This document shows positions 42,530-51,406 of a stretch of 64,000 nucleotides of DNA, in pieces. The stretch is from a virus: the IMG/VR virus record IMGVR_UViG_3300045988_162372; one strand, 5' to 3'. How positions within the stretch are numbered: position 1 is the first letter of the stretch; every line of letters starts with the position of its first letter. A program made the translations under genes and the position numbers. The notes under the pieces were generated by a model. That model saw nothing but the letters and a program-made list of their open reading frames with translations, did not search any database and was not told the origin of the DNA.

Positions 42530-45500
42530 TTACTCAAAAGTAATTGTTGGGAATTTATTTGCATCATAATTTATACAATAATCGCTTCCCTGTATAGCAT
42601 CTATACAAACAACAACTACTTGATTTTCATCTTTGCTACCACAAACTGACACTATATCCGAAGGTAATATCTTTTCACCATTATGGATTAAATTAATAAA
42701 GTTTACTTTAATCTTTTCTGGACTGAATAAGTTAGCTTCTTCAGCTTGGGCTTCACTTTCTGTATTAGTATAATCTTCACATATTAAGAAACCACTCCAT
42801 AAAGGATTGCTATCCCACTCATCAACTGTACAGTTAATAATATTGACAGTTACTCCACTTGCATTAGATTTATTACTTAATCTTAATGCGTTAGATATTC
42901 TTTCAAAGTAACAGTTATTCAAAGTAATAGTTGCATTATTTTGTGTTCCAAATATTAATATCGCATTATTTGAGAAGCTACCCTCAAATCTACAATTATC
43001 AAAGATTATATTTTTAGGCAACTTAGAATTATCAGATGATAAACCAATTTCAATACCATTATAAACATTACTTGAATTAAATGTCATATCTTTAAAGATT
43101 ATATTTTCAGTATCATTAATGTTTATTACAGAATTTGAAGTTGATTTAGGAAAGTCACCAGTTACTTGTAAATTATTTATATTAACATTTTCCGCTTTGA
43201 TTCGCATTCTTGCATTATTAGTTAATGTAGAATCATTTAAGATTACAGACTTTGCCGTAATAGATGGGCTATTCGTTATATTAGCATTACTTATTGAATA
43301 CGCTTTAGCTTCATCGTTTAATTCCTGAGAACCATCATAGGTTTCAACTACTTCTGAATTTGATTTTTCTAAATTATCTACTTTTGATTCTAATAATTCA
43401 ACTTTTGCAGACAAGATAGGAATGTTGGATTTTAAATCATTAACAGTTTGATACAAACTTTCGATTTGAGTGTTAATTTTACTTATGATAGCAAATTCTT
43501 CAACTTTAGCTGCTTGGAATACGCTATATACGCCATCAGTAATTTTAATTGATACAGTATACAAACCTGTTGGTTGCATCATATAGTTTTGTCCCACAAT
43601 ATACAGAACATATGCTGCTCCGTTCCAAGCTACTGATATTGGCATCCAATTTGACAGCAACTGATAACCCTTTCCTAAGCAATCATCAAGAATTTCGGCT
43701 GTAGGTAATGTATAACTACCACTTGAGGTTTCTAATTGCAATGCTGCCTTAATATCATCCTCAGAGCTTTCCTTAGTTAAAGCAAACAGTTTTCGTGTAT
43801 CTACTTTAACACCTTGGTAGTACATACCTTTCTTTTGAATTTTTCCATCCAAAACCTTACCTTGTTTAGCTGACAAAGGTAATGTAGCTTCGTCACTAGT
43901 CAAATTGTCAACAACCATCTCTTCGCTCATAACGCTATGTGTTACGCTATTCTTTGCGAGAGTTCCACTTGTATTTTGAATATTGATTTCATTCAAGGTA
44001 TAACCTGCGAGGCTATCAAGTACATAATAAACAGTAGTAATATTACCCAATATTCTAATGGAAACTGGCACAGTTCCATTATTAATATCGCCAATAACGC
44101 TTCTGTTTTCGCTTATAACCGCCCTCAAATTATCAATTCCACCAATAGCCGTTGAAATAGCTTCACTATCAGCATCACCCGCACTATTCAATGCATTCAA
44201 ATCGATTTCATAAGGAGCTTTGAATTGTTCCAAGTCAGCCTTAATTTCATCAATGTCAGCTTGTTCTGCTTTTGTTGCGATAGCAGCATCAACTTCATCT
44301 TTGGTTTGATACAATGAATCGTTTTCCAATTCACTTACCTTAGTAGGAACGGTAATCTCTTGAACATCGCTAAGCAATGCTAATTCAGCGTCATCATTAT
44401 AGGTAGGTCTTTCGTCCTTTCCATTCAGATTGATTGAAACTTGAGTAGAACCTAAATCAACCTTATCCCACTTAGATACCATTGCGATATTAACTGCGCT
44501 TCCGCTTGTTGTATTTCCAAGCAAAGTATCATGATTATTCAGCACAATAGCCTTACGGTTCGGATTTTCCTCAGTTGTAACATCAGTATAAGCTACCTTA
44601 TTAGCCAATTCAGTTTCAATTTCCGTATCCTTAGCAATTCTTGCTTGAGTTTCTGCTTCAATGTTTCCTTGCAATTCAGTATCTTTTGCTGAACGGGCTT
44701 CAATTTCAGCGTTCAAAGCTTCAGTGGTTGCCTTTTCTGCAATTTGGGTAGTAAGAGAAGCTACAATATCATCATTGTCTGACAATTTATTTGCAATTTC
44801 TTCCAACGTATCCAATGCTTCAGGTGCTGCACCAACTACCGCTTGGATTCTAGCATCAACTTCGCTTGAAGTTTGGTATTGAGCATCATTTTCCAATTCG
44901 CTAACTTTTGTAGGAATTTTGATAGCATCAATCTTCTCATTCAACGCATTAACCTGGAAGTCAACATCAGATTGATTAGCCTTCAACGCAACTTCATCCT
45001 TGGTTGCTAAATTAGAAATATCTTGATGTTCTTTCAAAAATCCTTGAGTATTTACCCATTCCTCAGTTGCATAACCGTCCAATGAAGGCATATCAGTAGC
45101 AAATGCCAAATCGCTACTTGTTACTTTGATGTTAGAATTACCTTCAGCAATCGTACCATCCAAGTTGATAATAATTTCATACTTGGTAGGCATGTCATTA
45201 GTTGTATCAAGACCAATAACAACCATCTTGATTTGGTTTGCAGATTCAAATGCAATATATTGAATCGGCATCTTATAGTAATAAGGATTTCCACTCAATT
45301 GAATACCGAATTTCAAGTAGAATTGACCTTCCCTTACAATAAGACCTTTTAATTCAGCAGCATCAGCAACGCTAAACCAACCAAAGATTTCTTTTTGAGT
45401 ATATACCTTATCTTGCAAAGTTCTAATCGGGAAATTAAATTCAATAGGAAGTTTAATTTCTTCGATATCCTTCATCAATGCGATTTCTTCATCATCATTG

Positions 45501-47170
45501 TATGTAGGTCTTTTTTCAGAACCATTTAAATTAATAGGAATAGATGCAGAACCGAAATCAGCCTTATTCCATTTAGAAATCATTGCCAAGTTGTATCCTA
45601 CACCGCTTGTATCAATACCGCTAATAGTATCATGATTATTCAATTGAATAGTCTTACGGTTCGGGTTTTCTTTTGTTGCAATATCAACAAGTCCAACCTT
45701 TTCTGCAAGTTTTTCATCAATATTAACAATTTTAAGTCCCTCCGCTGATACTTCTATGTATTGTTGTGTCGTTGCATCAATTTTAAGAGAAAACTCGTTA
45801 GAGGTCAAAGAAATACCATTTCCTGCGGTGTAAGTATCAACTAAGTTAGAAACATTCACAGTGACAGTTTGTTCACCATCAGTTGTTTCAAATACGAAGT
45901 CAATTGTCTTAGATTCTTCATTATATGAAACTGATTTTACAAATTGGTCTTTAGGAATGTCAATAGTTCCGACGATCGCATCACCTACTTTCAACGTATA
46001 TTGCAAATCGTTTGTTTTTTCCAATACGATAGTTGCTCCAAGACCTTGTACATCTTCAAGCAATGCAATTTCTTTCTCGTCATTGTATGTAGGTCTTTCA
46101 TCCTTACCGTTCAAATTAATAGAAACCTGTGCAGAACCAAGGTCTACTTTGTCCCATTTAGAAACCATTGCAATGTTCACAGAAGTTCCGTTCTTTGTAT
46201 TACCAAGGATTGTATCATGGTTTTTTAATATGATAGCCTTACGTCCAGGATTCTCAGAAGTCGCAACATCAGTATATTCAACTTTGGTAGGCAATACCTC
46301 ATTGATAGCAGAGATTGCATCAGCATTTGCTTTTTCGGCTGTTCTCGCTGTCTCTGCTTCTAATTGTAAATCATTTTGTAATTGTGTATCTTTAACAGTT
46401 CTTGCATTAGTTTCTTCTGTTAATTCATCTTTTGTAGCAAATTTGTCTTCGGCTTCTTGTATGTGAGCAGATATTTTAGCGTCAACCTCATCAGCATTTT
46501 GATATTGTGCGTCATTTTCAAGTTCTGAAACTTTGGTAGGAACAACAATACCATCTACTTTTTCTTGCAAGGCAGTAATGGATTCCTCATTCTTTGTAAT
46601 TGCAGGGCGAATTTCGTTATCAATACCACCATTAATCGTATTGATACTGGTTTCTAACACATTATTAATCTGGTCAAATGCTTTTGCAGTTTCTTGACCA
46701 AAATTAGCTAATGTTTCATTCAGATTTTTAAGGAGAGTATCTAATCCACTAATTTTAATACCATTTTCAGATACAGACAGATATTTTTCAGAAGAAGGAT
46801 CAATTTTTATGAAAAATTGGTTTTTATCAACTCCTAAACCTTGTCCTGCTGTATAAACATCTACCAATTCATGTACGTCGACAGATACTTTCTTTTCTCC
46901 CTCATCAGATTCGAATGTAAATTCAATAGATTGTGTGTCAGGGTTGTAAACAACATTTTTTAATTTTAACTGTGATGTGATTGAGATCACGCCAGCTTCT
47001 CTGCCATTAACCATCAACACATAATTGTCATCATTTGGAACAATGTTAATTGTACCTAATATACTATTTAATTCGTCTATACTTACATTTGAGGAAGCTA
47101 TTGTTATGAGAGTTCCACTGTCATCAACGAACCCCCATCTATTCAAATTATAATCTCTTATGTCAGGCAT
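42530..47170 (-). CDS. Giant tail fibre / tailspike with a C-terminal right-handed beta-helix (pectate-lyase-like depolymerase) domain
   Basis: C-terminal ~350 aa with periodic N-x-x-I/V-x-N repeats (NVNINNLQVTG, IIFKDMTFNSSN, IIFDNCRFEGS, ITLNNCYFERI, VNIINCTVDEW). Three ~80-aa internal repeats and three PTKVSELEND motifs. Confidence 0.75.
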   Translation of the reverse strand: MPDIRDYNLNRWGFVDDSGTLITIASSNVSIDELNSILGTINIVPNDDNYVLMVNGREAGVISITSQLKLKNVVYNPDTQSIEFTFESDEGEKKVSVDVHELVDVYTAGQGLGVDKNQFFIKIDPSSEKYLSVSENGIKISGLDTLLKNLNETLANFGQETAKAFDQINNVLETSINTINGGIDNEIRPAITKNEESITALQEKVDGIVVPTKVSELENDAQYQNADEVDAKISAHIQEAEDKFATKDELTEETNARTVKDTQLQNDLQLEAETARTAEKANADAISAINEVLPTKVEYTDVATSENPGRKAIILKNHDTILGNTKNGTSVNIAMVSKWDKVDLGSAQVSINLNGKDERPTYNDEKEIALLEDVQGLGATIVLEKTNDLQYTLKVGDAIVGTIDIPKDQFVKSVSYNEESKTIDFVFETTDGEQTVTVNVSNLVDTYTAGNGISLTSNEFSLKIDATTQQYIEVSAEGLKIVNIDEKLAEKVGLVDIATKENPNRKTIQLNNHDTISGIDTSGVGYNLAMISKWNKADFGSASIPINLNGSEKRPTYNDDEEIALMKDIEEIKLPIEFNFPIRTLQDKVYTQKEIFGWFSVADAAELKGLIVREGQFYLKFGIQLSGNPYYYKMPIQYIAFESANQIKMVVIGLDTTNDMPTKYEIIINLDGTIAEGNSNIKVTSSDLAFATDMPSLDGYATEEWVNTQGFLKEHQDISNLATKDEVALKANQSDVDFQVNALNEKIDAIKIPTKVSELENDAQYQTSSEVDARIQAVVGAAPEALDTLEEIANKLSDNDDIVASLTTQIAEKATTEALNAEIEARSAKDTELQGNIEAETQARIAKDTEIETELANKVAYTDVTTEENPNRKAIVLNNHDTLLGNTTSGSAVNIAMVSKWDKVDLGSTQVSINLNGKDERPTYNDDAELALLSDVQEITVPTKVSELENDSLYQTKDEVDAAIATKAEQADIDEIKADLEQFKAPYEIDLNALNSAGDADSEAISTAIGGIDNLRAVISENRSVIGDINNGTVPVSIRILGNITTVYYVLDSLAGYTLNEINIQNTSGTLAKNSVTHSVMSEEMVVDNLTSDEATLPLSAKQGKVLDGKIQKKGMYYQGVKVDTRKLFALTKESSEDDIKAALQLETSSGSYTLPTAEILDDCLGKGYQLLSNWMPISVAWNGAAYVLYIVGQNYMMQPTGLYTVSIKITDGVYSVFQAAKVEEFAIISKINTQIESLYQTVNDLKSNIPILSAKVELLESKVDNLEKSNSEVVETYDGSQELNDEAKAYSISNANITNSPSITAKSVILNDSTLTNNARMRIKAENVNINNLQVTGDFPKSTSNSVININDTENIIFKDMTFNSSNVYNGIEIGLSSDNSKLPKNIIFDNCRFEGSFSNNAILIFGTQNNATITLNNCYFERISNALRLSNKSNASGVTVNIINCTVDEWDSNPLWSGFLICEDYTNTESEAQAEEANLFSPEKIKVNFINLIHNGEKILPSDIVSVCGSKDENQVVVVCIDAIQGSDYCINYDANKFPTITFE

Positions 47171-47243
47171 TTTAAATATTTATAGATAAGAAATAATTAT
47201 TATTACCTATAAATATTAAGAAACATTTAATACAAATAAAAAA

Positions 47244-47265
47244 AAGAGACTGATTTAAGTCTCTT
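47244..47265 (-). terminator. Terminator after the lysozyme gene
   Basis: 8-bp stem AAGAGACT / AGTCTCTT followed by T8 on the minus strand. Confidence 0.65.
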
Positions 47266-47692
47266 ACGAAGCCGCAATAACATGATAAACCTTTATTACT
47301 TCATGGTAATACCGTTCAGTTTTTCTTTTTGAAAAATTAGGCCCTCCGTTCCATATTCTAATAGCTTTTTCAATATTGTTTTCAGGATTATAATACCTCT
47401 GTATTATGTAAAACATTTCAACTGAACTTTCTTTATTGTAGCGATGTTTATAAGTATATTTTCTTTTTCCAATTATTCGATTACATTCATCAACTACTGG
47501 TTTTGAAATCTGTAGAAATCCTACATAAGTTCCACAACTAGATACTGCCTTTGTGTTATGTCTGCTTTCTACATGCGCTATTGCATTTACTAAATCATCC
47601 CATACATCATTTTCATTCGCTGCGTTCCCTGTACAAATATTGCACATAAAGAACAAAAATACTAAAATTACGTTTAAAACTCTTTTTCTCAT
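47264..47692 (-). CDS. Secreted lytic transglycosylase / lysozyme-like protein (SLT-type)
   Basis: Signal-peptide-like N-terminus MRKRVLNVILVFLFFMCNICTGNA. Catalytic-Glu motif AIAHVESRHNTKAVS...GFLQIS. Confidence 0.75.
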   Translation of the reverse strand: MRKRVLNVILVFLFFMCNICTGNAANENDVWDDLVNAIAHVESRHNTKAVSSCGTYVGFLQISKPVVDECNRIIGKRKYTYKHRYNKESSVEMFYIIQRYYNPENNIEKAIRIWNGGPNFSKRKTERYYHEVIKVYHVIAAS

Positions 47693-47708
47693 CTTGTCAA
47701 TTTAGTCA

Positions 47709-48083
47709 TTATTTTAACAGATTGACAGATAAAATTCCTTCTTTTGATATTTTATTATTAAACCAGTCTCTTATAATTTGTTTAAAGAATTTTTTTCTGT
47801 CATCCTCTTTTGTAATCATTTTTTGAAATTTATCATCCAGCATCATTAAAAGTTCTCTTGCTTGGAATGTTTTTAACGGTTGTCCATTATTGCTCAACAA
47901 GACCGCCGTTTTGATTTTTACAGGATATCCATCCTTACCAATATCATCACTTTCAGTCTTCGCAAAGTTCTTATCTAAATAATCTTTAACTAAAAGAACT
48001 TTCTCTGTAGTTGGATAAAAAGATTCCGTGAGTATATTCTTGATCACATAATCTTCAGTATTTTCATCAATGACTACTTTCAT
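47709..48083 (-). CDS. Hypothetical protein
   Basis: I prefer the ATG at 48083 (MKVVIDENTEDYVIKNIL), because a hairpin, a TATCTTTG box (48136-48143) and CTATTTAT (48110-48117) lie inside the longer track ORF. Confidence 0.5.
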   Translation of the reverse strand: MKVVIDENTEDYVIKNILTESFYPTTEKVLLVKDYLDKNFAKTESDDIGKDGYPVKIKTAVLLSNNGQPLKTFQARELLMMLDDKFQKMITKEDDRKKFFKQIIRDWFNNKISKEGILSVNLLK

Positions 48084-48186
48084 TATTTCCAAATTATACC
48101 AATTATTATATAAATAGTAGAACGGAAATTTTCTGCAAAGATACAGAAAAATCCGTTCCAAAACAAGTACAGACTGTTAAAAAATA

Positions 48187-50727
48187 TTAATTATATAATT
48201 CTTTCTTTGTAAATATATGGTTTTTAGAAACATTATTATTCAAAATATATTCGGTAACAATATCTTCGACATCTGTCTCAATTTGTCTAATAATTGTTCT
48301 CGCACCGTATTTATTTCCTTCTATTTTGTTATATATTTTATCAATCATATCATTATCAATAAAATTATCTTCCAAATAATAATCAGCGTTATTCAGCCTC
48401 TTTTCAAAATTTTTCAGTTCTAATCTTACAATATCCTTAAGGTTGTCATCGGATAATTTATTAAAATAAACAATCTTGTTTATACGGTTAATAAATTCGG
48501 GCTTAAATTTTCTCTTTATCGCTTTTTTGATTATGTTTTCATTGTTATCTACTGTATTCTTATTAAAACCAATGCCATCTCCTTTCTCATCAATTTCTTT
48601 CGCCCCCACATTCGATGTCATTATAATGATAACATTTTTGAAATCAACCGCATAACCAGTATTATCGGTCAATCTTCCGTCGTCGAATAATTGTAAGAAC
48701 ACATTATGTACTTCTTCATTAGCTTTTTCGATTTCATCAAGCAATAAAACGCAGTGTTTTTTCTTTTTAATTGCTTCAGTCAAAATACCTCCATTATCAT
48801 AGCCGACATAACCACTGGCTGCACCGTATAATTTGTTTACACTCATCTTATCCGCATATTCACTCATGTCCAATCGAACTAGATAATTCTCATCCCCAAA
48901 TACTTCTTTTGCAATTTTCTTAGCAAGAAGTGTTTTACCAGTACCTGTACTTCCAGTAAATAAAAATACGGCAGGTTTATTTGGATTTGAAATGCCTAAT
49001 TTCTGTTTCTTTATAGCATTACATACAACATCTACAGCTTCGTCTTGACCAATGACGCTTTCTTTAATATGCTCGTTAATACTTTTCAATTTATCCAAAT
49101 CATTGATGGAAAGATTTTGTATTGACACTCCTGACATTTCAGAAACAGTTCCTCTTAAATCATTGTCAGTTACATTATACGGCACTTTGTTTAAGTTTTG
49201 TTCTTTTTCCAAAATGGATAATTGTGTCTTAAGCTGTATCTCTTTTCTTATAAGCTCATCATATCTATCATAATCCTTATAAGTTAGATTGTCAACCTTT
49301 TGTTTTTCAATTTCATTTAATTTCAATTTGTTTTTTAATTCACTGACTTTTGCACTATCCTTTTGATTTAACGAAATTTTAGCTCCAACTTTATCAAGAA
49401 CATTAATTGCTGAATCTGGCAACACATTATCAGTTATATAACGTTTGCATAATTTCACACAATCTTCAACAATTTTATCATCATATTTTACATTATGGAA
49501 GTTTTCCATTTTGTATTTAATATTATTAACTATCTTGACAGATCTCTCCAAAGACGGAACTTCCATCGTTATTTTTTGAAATCTTCTTTTAAACGATTGA
49601 TTATTTTCAATACAATTCTTATAGCCTTTATTGCTTGCTGTACAAATAAATTGGATATTTTTCTCCATCAAAATTGTATCCAACATAGTTTCAATGTCAA
49701 CCTCACCAAATTTTGACTTATCATTCAATATTGATTGTATATCATCAATGAAAAAAATATAATTCCCATCTTTTTTTGCGTCACTGACAATACTATTGAA
49801 TTTACTTTCAAATGAGCCTCTAAAACCAGTTCCTGATAACAAAGATGAGAAATCCAATTGCATAAGTTTTTTCTTCAAGAAAGGCTTAGGAACATTCTCA
49901 TTGACAATCATATTAGCTATATGACGAATGGTGGAAGTTTTGCCGCATCCGCTTTCGCCAATCACGACAACATTATTTTTATATCTTTTTTGAAGATTTG
50001 TAAATATATCAAAAATTACATCATCATTTTCAAACACCTCATCAATTTTTCCCTCTAACGCCAACGTATTCAAGTTAATCAAGTTTTTATCAACCTCATT
50101 AGTAGAAGGTTTGGATTTTGGCTTTTGCATAACAAGTGTCTTTATTTTAGATGAAGAACTGCTATTTTCATTTTTTTCTCTTTGTTTAGTATGTTTATAT
50201 TCCTCTAACATTTCATTTGTAGCCTTTATAATAGCAAGTTCTTTTTGTTTTTTATCCCGTTTTTGGTCTTTTGTAAAAGGTTCGTTTTTATATGATACTA
50301 TATTTTCCTTAACTTGTTCCTCAGTTACGCCTAACAATCTAAACGATTTTTTAACAGTTTCGTCTGTTTCTAAAAGACTATATAATATATTTGCCGAATT
50401 AATAACATCATCATCTACCTGCGCTTCTGCCGTTTTAAATGCGTTTTGAAGAAGATTGTCTATTATAGGTTGTTCTGTTGAAACCAATTGTGAAGAATTA
50501 TCAGAAAGGTATTGATAATACCATGTTTTCAACATTTCAATGGTTTCGTTAAACATTATCTTGTTAATTGTCTTATATGCAATACAATCTTCATTACTCA
50601 GGATTGATAATAAAAAGTATTCGGGTGTTACCTTATTGGAAGGATATTCTTTAAGTAAGCTTTCTGTAATGTAATCCATCACCAAATGAAGCTCATCTGT
50701 AATTTTCTTGTTTCCTAATTTGTCCAT
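48187..50727 (-). CDS. ClpA/ClpC-like double-ring AAA+ unfoldase (Clp_N repeats, D1, short M-domain, D2)
   Basis: D1 Walker A VVIGESGCGKTS and Walker B IFFIDDIQSIL. D2 FTGSTGTGKTLLAKKIA and VLLLDEIEKA. GYVGYDNGGILTEAI. The GIGFNK loop aligns with the ClpA IGL ClpP-docking loop. Confidence 0.85.
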   Translation of the reverse strand: MDKLGNKKITDELHLVMDYITESLLKEYPSNKVTPEYFLLSILSNEDCIAYKTINKIMFNETIEMLKTWYYQYLSDNSSQLVSTEQPIIDNLLQNAFKTAEAQVDDDVINSANILYSLLETDETVKKSFRLLGVTEEQVKENIVSYKNEPFTKDQKRDKKQKELAIIKATNEMLEEYKHTKQREKNENSSSSSKIKTLVMQKPKSKPSTNEVDKNLINLNTLALEGKIDEVFENDDVIFDIFTNLQKRYKNNVVVIGESGCGKTSTIRHIANMIVNENVPKPFLKKKLMQLDFSSLLSGTGFRGSFESKFNSIVSDAKKDGNYIFFIDDIQSILNDKSKFGEVDIETMLDTILMEKNIQFICTASNKGYKNCIENNQSFKRRFQKITMEVPSLERSVKIVNNIKYKMENFHNVKYDDKIVEDCVKLCKRYITDNVLPDSAINVLDKVGAKISLNQKDSAKVSELKNKLKLNEIEKQKVDNLTYKDYDRYDELIRKEIQLKTQLSILEKEQNLNKVPYNVTDNDLRGTVSEMSGVSIQNLSINDLDKLKSINEHIKESVIGQDEAVDVVCNAIKKQKLGISNPNKPAVFLFTGSTGTGKTLLAKKIAKEVFGDENYLVRLDMSEYADKMSVNKLYGAASGYVGYDNGGILTEAIKKKKHCVLLLDEIEKANEEVHNVFLQLFDDGRLTDNTGYAVDFKNVIIIMTSNVGAKEIDEKGDGIGFNKNTVDNNENIIKKAIKRKFKPEFINRINKIVYFNKLSDDNLKDIVRLELKNFEKRLNNADYYLEDNFIDNDMIDKIYNKIEGNKYGARTIIRQIETDVEDIVTEYILNNNVSKNHIFTKKELYN

Positions 50728-50827
50728 ACTTTATTTTCTTTAACAGTCTAATCTTAAAGATATATAAAAACTATGCTGATTTCAACATTAATAGTGGTAT
50801 TCATTTGGAAATTTCAAAAATAAATAG

Positions 50828-50835
50828 TATCTTTG
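50828..50835 (+). promoter_or_regulatory. Bacteroidota-type -7 box TATCTTTG
   Basis: AGTATCTTTGCATTG, 26 nt upstream of ATG 50861. Confidence 0.55.
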
Positions 50836-50860
50836 CATTGTTAAAAACTTATATAGAAAT

Positions 50861-51406
50861 ATGGTAGTATATAATAGGTATGTGAATAACAAAGACCACA
50901 CATGGTATGACAGTAGCAATGTGGTATATAGCCTATGTTATGACAACAATGAGGCTACAAAGAATCTAAAGATAGTATTCAAGAACGGAAGGACTTATCT
51001 TTATAAAAATGTAGATGTAAATGATTATATTGGTTTTAGAAGCGGAGAAAGCACAGGAAAAACAGTTAATCAATACATCGTTAAGAAATATCAAGGCGTA
51101 AGGCTTCCTGATACTGATATGGAAAAACTTGATGAACTAAAAGAAGAGTTTATCAACGACAATAAAATTACAGAAGAAGCATTTACTAATCTTGCCTATC
51201 ATTTGTCAGTTAATGATATTACTGGTGATTTCGCTTTGAAACTGAATGGTAAGACAATATACAGAGGCGTTGAAGGACAAGTTTCTATTCTTAATCTTCT
51301 TAAATGTATGAATATAAATTTCTCGATGAGTGAAGATTACGAACCAGAAGACGATAATATCGAAGATAACGAATTAAAGAAAGAAGAGGAAAAAAACAAT
51401 GAATAA
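50861..51406 (+). CDS. KTSC-domain protein
   Basis: SSNVVYSLCYDNNEATKNLKIVFKNGRTYLYKNVDVNDYIGFRSGESTGKTVNQYI fits the KTSC pattern. Confidence 0.6.
   Translation: MVVYNRYVNNKDHTWYDSSNVVYSLCYDNNEATKNLKIVFKNGRTYLYKNVDVNDYIGFRSGESTGKTVNQYIVKKYQGVRLPDTDMEKLDELKEEFINDNKITEEAFTNLAYHLSVNDITGDFALKLNGKTIYRGVEGQVSILNLLKCMNINFSMSEDYEPEDDNIEDNELKKEEEKNNE

Noticed and set aside
47176-47183. Exact T4 late-promoter consensus TATAAATA in the sense orientation, just upstream of the giant fibre gene ATG
   Set aside because: It is only a single sense-strand instance, 8 nt from the ATG, and overlaps a near-palindromic AAATATTT. The consistent signal across genes is the TATTTAT orientation, so I did not call a T4-type late promoter.
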